A stretch of 64,000 nucleotides of DNA from assembly GCA_047285535.1 (NCBI GenBank), contig JBJBDC010000001.1, positions 672,136-736,135 of the forward strand. The letters are read 5' to 3'. Shown here in pieces: positions 31,880 to 41,228 of the stretch. Position 1 is the first letter of the stretch. Each line of letters opens with the position of its first letter. The DNA is from Synechococcus sp. GTDB taxonomy: Bacteria; Cyanobacteriota; Cyanobacteriia; PCC-6307; Cyanobiaceae. The position numbers were made by a program, and so were the translations under genes. The notes below the pieces were generated by a model. It worked only from the letters and a program-made list of their open reading frames with translations, made no database searches and was not told where the DNA came from.

Positions 31880-32254
31880 CAGCTATTGGTGATTAGGAGC
31901 TGCGGAGTCGTTGCGCGAATGATGGCTCATCACTTCGAGGGGAAACCCGGTGACCTAGGAGGATAGCGGATGCCAAATCAGCCAATTCACTTGCTCTATC
32001 AATGGAGAAAATCAATAAGGATGAGACAGCAAACCATCAATTAATCGTGGGAGGACGTTGATCTTCAGGTTAGCCCAATGATGAGTTTTCAGATCTCTTT
32101 GATGCTCAAGGTTGGATTCGAGAATCAACGAAGCCCCTTTTCGCTACAACATCAAAACAACTGATAGGAACCCCATTAGAAGCAGCAGACAAGGCAATGA
32201 AATGGATCAGAAGGCAATAATGTTTTTTCCGCAATTCCTCTATAGAGTCTGGAC

Positions 32255-33487
32255 TTGAGCAAATTGTTGAAATGCATGGCCAGAGCTCGTAGGGCAAGAG
32301 ACAACCGAGTCCAGCTGAAAAGGGTCGCCGCCACAACATTCATGAGCTTGTCGGTGTTCATCGCTCCCATGCTTAATGCCTGCTCAAAAACAAAACCACA
32401 AGACTCCGGCATTGAACAACAAGAAGTCTCACGTCGTGTCTCAGCCCTTGGCAGAATTGAACCACAGGGAATGATCAGACGCATCACAAGTCCAGCATCC
32501 CTAAGTCATGATCGCGTTGAGCGCGTGTTTGTCAAAGAAGGAGAAACAGTTCAGGAAGGCCAGGAGTTGGCTTACCTGAGCAGTCAATCCACTCGCCAAG
32601 CCTCACTCAACCTTGCGAAACAAAGAGTTGAATTGAGTCGGAGCAAGCTGAAAAATATTAAGGCTGGGCCTGGTCCAGATGCCATCGCAGCTCAAAAAGC
32701 AACGGTCAAAAGCCTTTTGATGCAGAAAAAAACTGTAGAGCAAACCCTCAGACGTCAGATTGAGCAAGCACGATCAAGAGCGTCCACAGCTGATATCGAA
32801 GCCAAGCGCTATGAGCAGTTATTCCAAAACAATGCGATTTCAGAACTTGATCGTAATCGCTACAGAAAAAAGGCTGAAACAGCGAATGCGCGCTTAAACG
32901 AACTACAAAAACAAAGCTCTGGATCTCAGGCTCGTTTAGATGCTGAGATCACCGCAGCAAGGAGTAGGGTTGCCGAGCTCCAAAATGTTCGACCAGAGGA
33001 TATCAATCAGGCGCGTCAAGCGCTCTTAAAAGCAGAAGCAGAAAGGGATCGAGCCCAACAGGAACTGAATGAAACCATTATACGATCTCCAGAGAACGGA
33101 CAGATCCTGCAGATTTTTGCTCGCGCTGGTGAGCGGATCGGCAATCAGGGCATCCTTGAGATGGCTGACACAGACAATATGATTGTTACAGCTGAGGTCT
33201 ATCAGACAGATTTGGACTTGTTGAAGGTTGGCCAGGGAGCAACCGTTACAGCACCAGGATTCAGAGATGGAAGTGTTCAAGCAACGCTTACGAAAATTCT
33301 TCCACAGGTACAACGTCAAGCAACATTTTCTAATACACCTGGAGAAAATTTAGATCAGAGAGTCTTCAACGTTAGGCTAAAGTTAGACCCAAATCCAGAG
33401 CAACGTGAACGTCTAAGACTGGGCTCCAACATGCAGGTCCAGGTCATTTTTGATCCGAGCACGTCTACACCCGAACCTAAGAAATAA
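32255..33487 (+). CDS. devB: DevB-type ABC exporter membrane fusion protein
   Basis: VSALGRIEPQG, coiled coil, IRSPENGQIL, AEVYQTD; first gene of devBCA. Confidence 0.88.
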   Translation: MSKLLKCMARARRARDNRVQLKRVAATTFMSLSVFIAPMLNACSKTKPQDSGIEQQEVSRRVSALGRIEPQGMIRRITSPASLSHDRVERVFVKEGETVQEGQELAYLSSQSTRQASLNLAKQRVELSRSKLKNIKAGPGPDAIAAQKATVKSLLMQKKTVEQTLRRQIEQARSRASTADIEAKRYEQLFQNNAISELDRNRYRKKAETANARLNELQKQSSGSQARLDAEITAARSRVAELQNVRPEDINQARQALLKAEAERDRAQQELNETIIRSPENGQILQIFARAGERIGNQGILEMADTDNMIVTAEVYQTDLDLLKVGQGATVTAPGFRDGSVQATLTKILPQVQRQATFSNTPGENLDQRVFNVRLKLDPNPEQRERLRLGSNMQVQVIFDPSTSTPEPKK

Positions 33488-33498
33488 ACAATTAAACC

Positions 33499-34674
33499 AT
33501 GAATCGAATGATTTATCGATGGATCAAACGCACTCCTGTTGCTTGGCTTCAGACCAGCTACAATCCCGTTAAACTTGTGATTGGAATAGCTGGAGTAAGC
33601 TTTTCAAACATCTTGATATTTTTCCAATTAGGCCTTTTAGATAGTGTTTACAACAGTCAGCTAAGGCCTATTGAAAAGCTTGATGCAGAACTTCTTATGG
33701 TGAGTTCTGGCTATTCCAATTTTGGCTCACTTCAAACGTTCAACAGAAGCCGTTTATTCCAGACTCTTGGAGTTGAAGGGGTTAAGGCCATCTCACCCAT
33801 GCGAATCAGTCGAGCATCTTGGGTGACTCCAAATACAGGAAATTCTTACTTCATTAATGTTTTTGGCATCAATCCTTCCGGGCCATCACTTTCCATACCA
33901 GAGCTCAGACAAAATACTGTTTCAATACGCAAGCTTCGCAATGCCCTATTCGATAGCAGGACAAAATCTCACTATGGACCCATTGGTGAGTTAATTGCAA
34001 AGGATGGTTCTGCACAAGTGGAAGTCAACCAGCAACGGCTGAACATGATTGACACATTTCAACTTGGAGCAACCTTTGCCGCCGATGCAAATATCATTGT
34101 CTCCGAAAGTACTTTTTCATTGCTTTTTCCCAATCAAAAACCGAACCAAATCCAATTAGGATTGATTCAACTTAAAAACGGTGTCAATCCGCTGGCAGTA
34201 CAGAGAGCACTGCGTCCAATCCTTGGTGACCAGGTCATGGTTCTTACACGTTCAGAATTATCTGCATTGGAACTAAACTACTGGCGCCGCAGTAGTTCGA
34301 TTGGATTTATCTTCACGATCGGAGTTCTGGTTGGATTCATCGTTGGCAGCATCATCGTGTACCAAATTCTGTTTGGTGATGTCATGAATTCTTTGCCACA
34401 ATTTGCCACCCTTAAAGCCATGGGTTATACCGATGGATACATTATTTCAGTGGTGGTTCAACAAGGTGCAATTTTGGCTGTGATTGGATTTATCCCTGGA
34501 GTGATCTGCTCTATAGGTTTGTACTCACTACTGGCTAATGCAACCAATCTGGCAATCGCCATGACAGCAAACCGTGCTGTGCAAGTTCTTATTCTTACGC
34601 TTGTCATGTGTACCGGATCTGCAGCGCTAGCAACTCGAAAGCTCATCAAGCTTGATCCTGCAGATGTGTTCTGA
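33499..34674 (+). CDS. devC: DevC-type ABC exporter permease
   Basis: PVAWLQ, IVYQIL, FATLKAMGY and C-terminal DPADVF motifs. Confidence 0.92.
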   Translation: MNRMIYRWIKRTPVAWLQTSYNPVKLVIGIAGVSFSNILIFFQLGLLDSVYNSQLRPIEKLDAELLMVSSGYSNFGSLQTFNRSRLFQTLGVEGVKAISPMRISRASWVTPNTGNSYFINVFGINPSGPSLSIPELRQNTVSIRKLRNALFDSRTKSHYGPIGELIAKDGSAQVEVNQQRLNMIDTFQLGATFAADANIIVSESTFSLLFPNQKPNQIQLGLIQLKNGVNPLAVQRALRPILGDQVMVLTRSELSALELNYWRRSSSIGFIFTIGVLVGFIVGSIIVYQILFGDVMNSLPQFATLKAMGYTDGYIISVVVQQGAILAVIGFIPGVICSIGLYSLLANATNLAIAMTANRAVQVLILTLVMCTGSAALATRKLIKLDPADVF

Positions 34675-34703
34675 ATGTTTAATTCTTCATTGTCGTATTA
34701 ATC

Positions 34704-35465
34704 ATGACTTCACCCAGTTCACCCAAATCAGTTGATCATCATCAGGATCCAGTGATTTCCCTGAAAAATGTCAACCACTGGTTTGGCCATGGGGAAAGCA
34801 GAAAGCACGCTCTTAAGGACATCTCACTTGACATCTATCCAGGACAAATTGTCATTTGCACAGGTCCATCAGGATCAGGAAAAACAACACTGCTGACCAT
34901 GCTGGGTGGACTTCGCTCCTGCATGGATGGCAGTTTAAAAATTCTTGGAGAAGAACTTCGCGGAGCCAGCAAAGGTCAACTTTCCAAACTAAGGCTCAAT
35001 GTGGGATTTATCTTTCAGGCCCACAATCTGATGATGTTCATGAATGCCAAAAGAAACGTACGTTTAGCTCTCGAACTTCATGATGAGCAGTTTGATCATG
35101 ACATGGATCATTTAGCCACAGAGATGCTTGAGAAAGTTGGCCTGGGAGAACGGGTTGATTACATGCCTGATGATCTATCAGGCGGACAGCGTCAACGGGT
35201 TGCGATTGCACGAGCATTGGTCAGCAAGCCCAAAATCATTCTGGGAGATGAACCAACTGCAGCCTTAGACAAAGAATCAGGTCGGCAGGTGGTCAAGCTC
35301 ATGAAACAGATGGCGGAAGAAAACCAAACAACAATTATCATGGTCACTCATGACAACAAGATTCTTGATGTGGCTGATCGGATTATTATTGTTGATGACG
35401 GAGCTCTAGCCAGCAAGGAAAAAGAAGAAGCATTTATCGCAAAGATGAGGGATTCACACTCATAG
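34704..35465 (+). CDS. devA: DevA-type ABC exporter ATPase
   Basis: GPSGSGKTT, LSGGQRQRVAIARAL, DEPTAALD and VTHD motifs. Confidence 0.92.
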   Translation: MTSPSSPKSVDHHQDPVISLKNVNHWFGHGESRKHALKDISLDIYPGQIVICTGPSGSGKTTLLTMLGGLRSCMDGSLKILGEELRGASKGQLSKLRLNVGFIFQAHNLMMFMNAKRNVRLALELHDEQFDHDMDHLATEMLEKVGLGERVDYMPDDLSGGQRQRVAIARALVSKPKIILGDEPTAALDKESGRQVVKLMKQMAEENQTTIIMVTHDNKILDVADRIIIVDDGALASKEKEEAFIAKMRDSHS

Positions 35466-35701
35466 ATTTAATATTTTCCAATCAATCAGATGTTTATGCC
35501 AGAAATACCAGGTCCAACCCTAGATTCAAATAGCGAAAATTGACTCATAAAGATCTCAACATCATGGGCTGAGAAATTATTTTTTATCACCATTTTTACT
35601 TATCTAGCCTAAAAACCTGCTTTCTATACTGGTAACTAATTAACTATTCACTGACCCACGCAGGAGACAGATGCATGGTTTAGATGTATAGCTTGGCCAG
35701 C

Positions 35702-37021
35702 TTAGTTCGACTGATCATGGCCATGTCCTTTGAGGTTTTGAATCAACTCATTTGAAAGACGAGGCGGATGGCTCCCAAAAGCAATCATCCGCGCAGGCAA
35801 ATTGCGCAGCACTGGCAATTTCAGCAACAACCGAAGAAGCAAAGGCACCCGAAACGGCTGATCGCTTCGAAGGGCACTGCTGATGATGTACTTCTGAACA
35901 AGTGTTTGAAACCTCTGGATGGCATGGACGGCTCCTTCCCGTTGCCTTTGCACAGCCGCAAGCTGATCAGGGTTGATGCATTCATTTTTCAACGCCTCAG
36001 TGAGCAGATTCGCAGTCGCAATCGCATCCTGAATCGCCACATTGATTCCCACGCCTCCGACCGGCGACATCACATGAGCGGCATCTCCAATCAACAGCAG
36101 CCCAGGTTGATACCACTGGCGCACGCAACTCGATTCCACTGACAGCACCACAACCTGCTTCCAGGACTGCAACGCGATGACCCGGTCAGAAAGCCACGGG
36201 ACCTGTCGGCTCATCTCAGCACGGAACGTCTCGAGACCGGCGGCTTTGGTAGCAGCGAACTGTCCCTTCACAAGGATGTAACCCACCTGCCACTCCTGAT
36301 CACGTTCCAAAAGGACCACCAGATGTCCTTTGCTCACATGGAAACGAAACTGGTCGTGGGGATCATCCGGTCTGCGGGGCAAGCGAAACCAAAGCACATC
36401 CATTGGTGGTGAGGTGCGATCAGATTCAGCACCACAGAGGCTGCGCACCTTGGAGAAACGCCCATCAGCTCCCACAGTGAGCGCAGCGTGAACCTCATGC
36501 AGAGCATGTTGACGATCTTTGTAGCGCACGCCGCTGATCGCTCCGTTCTCCTGGATGAGTTCCTCAACGCGGGCACCCATCAGCAACTCAAAGCCTGGGT
36601 ACCGACTAGCTTCCTCGGCGAGGCAATGAAGGAACTTGACCTGCGGTAACACGGCGACAAAAGGGAAGCGCGTGTTGAGACGGCGAAAGTCCGCCAGTTT
36701 GGTGAGTGTTCCCTCGGAATAAAGCTGGGCCATCTCCATGCGGCCATGGGGAAGCTCCAAAATCCTGTCCGCCAGACCGATTTGATCAAGGGCCTCGAGG
36801 ATGGCTGGGTGGATGGTGTCGCCGCGGAAATCCCGATCGAAATCAAGTTGCGACTCCAGCACGGTGACCTTCAGCCCCTGCCGAGCCAGCAACAGACCAA
36901 GCATCATGCCGGCAGGCCCAGCGCCAACCACACAGCAGCGGGTGGTGCGTTGATCACTATCGCTATGGTCTTTCGATGGCTGGTCTCTCACGGTCTGGTC
37001 AGTCACGTTGTGTTCCATCAC
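35702..37021 (-). CDS. FAD-dependent monooxygenase/oxidoreductase
   Basis: GAGPAG, DFRGDT, GADGRFS and IGDAAHVMSPVGGVGIN motifs. Confidence 0.92.
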   Translation of the reverse strand: MMEHNVTDQTVRDQPSKDHSDSDQRTTRCCVVGAGPAGMMLGLLLARQGLKVTVLESQLDFDRDFRGDTIHPAILEALDQIGLADRILELPHGRMEMAQLYSEGTLTKLADFRRLNTRFPFVAVLPQVKFLHCLAEEASRYPGFELLMGARVEELIQENGAISGVRYKDRQHALHEVHAALTVGADGRFSKVRSLCGAESDRTSPPMDVLWFRLPRRPDDPHDQFRFHVSKGHLVVLLERDQEWQVGYILVKGQFAATKAAGLETFRAEMSRQVPWLSDRVIALQSWKQVVVLSVESSCVRQWYQPGLLLIGDAAHVMSPVGGVGINVAIQDAIATANLLTEALKNECINPDQLAAVQRQREGAVHAIQRFQTLVQKYIISSALRSDQPFRVPLLLRLLLKLPVLRNLPARMIAFGSHPPRLSNELIQNLKGHGHDQSN

Positions 37022-38542
37022 TGATCCACCAAGTCAGAACTGCATGATGAGCCGGATGACAACCAGCGGGAATGGGTGGGTTACCTGAAAAGGAATCAGT
37101 GACTTTGGCCCTGTTACTACAGAACCTTGCTCAGACAGCCTCCGGACGAAGCCAATCCGATCAGAGTTACAGGGCTACTCAAGACACCAAACCCTGGTGT
37201 CGACAACAGACAGCCACAAGAACTTGCCATTCCTGCTTGGTTGGGTCTTCCTGCTCCATGCAATGCCCTTGGAAAACCAAGAATTGCTTGGCCCCCATCC
37301 TTCAGGGAGATGTTGATCATCCCGAGATCATCTGCTCTGCCTTCTTTTTCGCACCTGCAGGCAATGATGAAAAGAATGCAGCAGTCGCGAGAAGCCCTGC
37401 AGTGATCTGCCGCAGCATGACTCAGAGCTGGGCATCAACCAAAGCTGACTTACGCGTAATGCTGATGCCAGCAGCAAGAGGCAGTTTCAGCTTTGCTGGT
37501 TGTTGGTAGGTCATCAACAAACCTGTGGAAGACGCACGACAGGCTCAAGCCCCATCAGCTTCTTTGGATGAGCCGTGCCACACGATGATTGCAATCACTT
37601 AACGCTTTGATCTTGCTCAAGGGGCCATAAAACCAGCAGCGATGGCAGTTTCTGTAATTTTGGAGATCTGACATAGGGTCATTGCAAGGCGAGAAGCATC
37701 GAGATGCATCCGACTCCCTCATTTCATTCATAGGGAGCAGCTCTCATCTGCTGGGTTGATGACATCCAGGCTTGTCTGGTCATGCTCATGCCATTCAAAA
37801 GCCCCCACGTCCAATGTGAGTGCGGCAACGAAGAGCTTGATCGTCCATCACATCTGAGATCAGGACTCCATCAGCATTGAAGTTCCGGCTTCAGGGACCG
37901 TATCTGCATTGTTGCTCGCTTCAGCAGATTTGGCCCCTCTTCTCCCAGACCCCCGCCCCCGGGGTGTTGAAGGGTCCAGAGAGAGGTCTGTTCCCTTCAA
38001 CATCAAAGCTATGAAGCACATTCAAGGAGAGATGAAAAAGGTTGCAAGAAGACGCTTAATGAATAATGCTTCGCTTAAAGAACAAAGAACTCAGCAGAAT
38101 CACCTACCACAAAACTGACGACCCAAAGGCCGCTGGACTCTGTGAGCACCGCTCAAGTGTTGGGAGTTGAGCAATACTCGTCTCTTCTCATCGCCTGGAT
38201 GGCCCCATGACTTGTCAGGCCGTTGCGGGTCGAATGAAGCAGTGGGCGGACACAGCCCGTGGGCAAGCTCCACACAGATGGTAGCTGCCACGCCCACGCG
38301 ACTGCACACGATCGGGACGCTCCATTCTGGACCTAGGCATCGCTTGTTGAATGCGGTTTTAAACGGAGTTCATCGGCTTGTTGTTCTGATCCTGCTTGAC
38401 TGGCCCAGCTCTAACTTGATATGCATGAAGCGGATCGTGCACTCATGATTTCAATCATTAAATCAATACTGATGTGAGCAGGTTGCTCTTTTTTAAGGCA
38501 TAATATCAATTGCTAGATAACATGTAGCTTGAAGCTAGAATT

Positions 38543-39751
38543 TTGATTGCGTCTCCGGTGCTCCAGTCAAAACTAGGTCCTTTAAGGTCAATACTTGCAG
38601 GAGTATGTGCGATTGGTATTGCGCTTGGGATGTCTAGATTTGCCTATACGCCTTTGGTGCCAGCGCTGATTAGAGATGGCTGGGTCGATGTTCCCCAGGC
38701 CGGATTTCTTGGAGCAGCCAACTGTACTGGCTACATCGCAAGTTGCTTTATTGCAATATTTTTACCGAGACGCTATGGGGTTCAATCTGTCATGAGATTG
38801 GGGCTTGGGTTTAGCTTGCTGGGTGTCCTCATGTCAGCATTTGACTTCGGATTTTTATGGCTTGTTCTTGCGAGATTCACAGCTGGATTATCAGCTGCCC
38901 CTTTGGTTGTTTTGACTCCTGCAGTTCTAGCCTCTCAATTGCCAGACAAACTTAAAAAGATTGGAGCTGGGTTGGCATTTGCTGGCTCTGGCTTATTTAC
39001 TCTGTTCGTATCATTAACACTTCCATTTGTTTTGTCAAAAGAAGTTCAAATTGGTTGGTTTTACGAAGCATTGATTGTTGTAATTGCGTCTCTAGCTGTT
39101 TGGCCATTGATAACCCGGGCACCTCAAAAGCCCCTCCCCGCAAGAGCCAAGTCAGAGCGCTTCACTGGGAACCAGAAAAAAGTTTTAGTTGGACTTTCTC
39201 TTGCTTATGCGTGTGGAGCGATAGGGATGCAGCCGCCCACTCTTTTTATGACCGATTACTTGCATCGTGATTTAGGGGTTGCAATCGCCGAAGCGAGTCA
39301 GGTCTTTAGCTTTCTTGGACTAGGCTGCGCCATGGGTGCAGCATGCAGCGGAGTTCTCGTTACTCAATATGGAACCCGTGCAACATTGCTCACCATGTAT
39401 TCAAGCGGTATCGCGAGCTTGATTATTGTGTTGATGACAGAGAAGGTTTGGTTGTTGGCTATTTCAGCTGCACTTGCAGGCTTCTTTGCTCTTGGGATGG
39501 TAGCAGCGACCTCTCAGAGGACGATGGAGTGCGTAGGTCCTGATCAACATCCCAGAGTTTGGGGCAGCCTGAGTTTGATTTTTGCGTTTGGTTTGAGTAT
39601 CGGAAGTACTGGTATGTCAACTCTCCTAGAGCATGGCGCCTCTTATACCAATTTGTTTGAGATTGCTGCTGTCGCTCTTGGCCTTGGTCTGTTCTCTACA
39701 TCTTTATTGAGCTGCAGACAATTAATATCTGATTCAAAATCGGTGTCCTAA
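38543..39751 (+). CDS. MFS transporter (YbfB/YjiJ type)
   Basis: GMSRFAYTPLVP N-terminal motif; about 12 TM helices. Confidence 0.88.
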   Translation: MIASPVLQSKLGPLRSILAGVCAIGIALGMSRFAYTPLVPALIRDGWVDVPQAGFLGAANCTGYIASCFIAIFLPRRYGVQSVMRLGLGFSLLGVLMSAFDFGFLWLVLARFTAGLSAAPLVVLTPAVLASQLPDKLKKIGAGLAFAGSGLFTLFVSLTLPFVLSKEVQIGWFYEALIVVIASLAVWPLITRAPQKPLPARAKSERFTGNQKKVLVGLSLAYACGAIGMQPPTLFMTDYLHRDLGVAIAEASQVFSFLGLGCAMGAACSGVLVTQYGTRATLLTMYSSGIASLIIVLMTEKVWLLAISAALAGFFALGMVAATSQRTMECVGPDQHPRVWGSLSLIFAFGLSIGSTGMSTLLEHGASYTNLFEIAAVALGLGLFSTSLLSCRQLISDSKSVS

Positions 39752-40597
39752 AAGACCTGGACTGCTCGTATGCAGAGCTGCTGCAAGCAAAACGCAGTAT
39801 TGGATTCTTGCTGCGAGTAATAAGTCAGGCTCTTCGACGCCTGTTTCCACCTTACGCATCGAAACAAGTCATGTGATGTGGTCAGCGAGGGAACAACGGC
39901 AGTTATGAATCTATTCACTCACATTTATGCGGCATAGGGCCAGCAAGCTGCAATCCTTCGCTAACAACGTCAGTAAGCCCTGCACGAGAAACTTCTTTAG
40001 GGGAGGATGCGAATGCGATAGGCCGAACACTCATTTCGGTTTTGAATGAATGAGCTCTACTGAAGTGCAGAACGTCGCAAGTGGTTCTGCTCTCACTCAT
40101 CAGCAACACTCGAACATGCTCCCCGACGTGCTATCGCTGTTCGACGGAGTCGTGATACACCACACCGAATTGCTTACCCATCTGTGGGAATGGGAGGCTG
40201 ACTGGCCATGGACCAACCAAACATCACCATGAGGCACTCGAGAGTTGCAGCATCGAAGGCTATGGTTCCAGGAATCAATAACAATGTCTGTATCCCAAAG
40301 CCGGCAAAGCATTGGCTCCAACCTTCGTCATCCATACCGAAGGGTAAAAACAACCTGGGCATAAATCCTTGAAGACGTTGATGCCAGATTGAGAGGTAGG
40401 CAAGAATCCTTGCCTTGGCGCATCTTCTTCACTTAGCGCACCATTGGTTCATGGCTGCTGCGGGTACAGTTTCAAAAAGATCTGCCTTCAAGCATTGTCA
40501 AGACATACCGTGCGCTTGAAGCACTGCTTGTGTTTGGACTTCATAGGGCCAGCCGTGGACATGACGGCTGGCGACACAAAGCTTTCGTGAGGAGTCT

Positions 40598-40954
40598 TTA
40601 ATGACGGAAGCCTGTTTCAAGTGTGAATAACGTTGGGTTCAGCGCAGCTACCTTCTCCTGGAGAATCTCCAACTGATCTGCGCTGCCGTGAATTTCCAAA
40701 CGCTCGAGTTCGGCATACTTGAGAGCTTCTTGGATTAAGGCGCCTACATTGTCCAAATGCAACAGCGCGGCATGAGCATCAACATACGCTTCACGGCAGA
40801 ATGCTTGATTACCAGCAAAAGAAAAGCCGTAATTTAAGCAACCTTTCTCGCTCGATGTTTTCTCAATGAACTGATCGCAAACCTCGCGAAATTGATCTGA
40901 GCAGCCAGTTTTAATCACAAAGTATGGATGAATTGAAACAGATTGGTCCATCAC
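40598..40954 (-). CDS. ABM-like (putative quinol monooxygenase fold) protein
   Basis: EKGCLNYGF and CREAYVDAHAALLHL pattern of a dimeric alpha-beta barrel. Confidence 0.7.
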   Translation of the reverse strand: MMDQSVSIHPYFVIKTGCSDQFREVCDQFIEKTSSEKGCLNYGFSFAGNQAFCREAYVDAHAALLHLDNVGALIQEALKYAELERLEIHGSADQLEILQEKVAALNPTLFTLETGFRH

Positions 40955-41228
40955 TTGGGGGGGATTTTTATAGGCTTCGTTATCCTATAAAACGATGCAA
41001 TTCAGCCTTGCGTAGTGCTCAGGTCCGAGCTTATCGGAGAGCCATTGTTTCATGACAAGCCAACAATCAGAGGGACCGTCAAGTTACTGGTTGGGCTTTT
41101 AGCTGTTCTCGATAGCCCATCGAGTGCAGGTCCAGAGGTCTCGCCTTGCCCATTGTTCGTGTGTGTCTTTTCGGTCTTTGTCAGTCATGCTGTCATCCTC
41201 CCCCGTGGAGCGAGCCAGGCATGAAGGA

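Noticed and set aside
31937..31960. GAGGGGAAACCCGGTG resembles the start of a cobalamin riboswitch
   Set aside because: The complementary CCGG arm, the CTGTCCC..CTGT segment and a B12 box are missing, and there is no B12-related gene downstream
37072..38448. Short ORFs in the 1.5-kb gap between the FAD oxidoreductase and the MFS gene
   Set aside because: No frame gave a recognisable protein; possibly decayed DNA, but not supportable by eye
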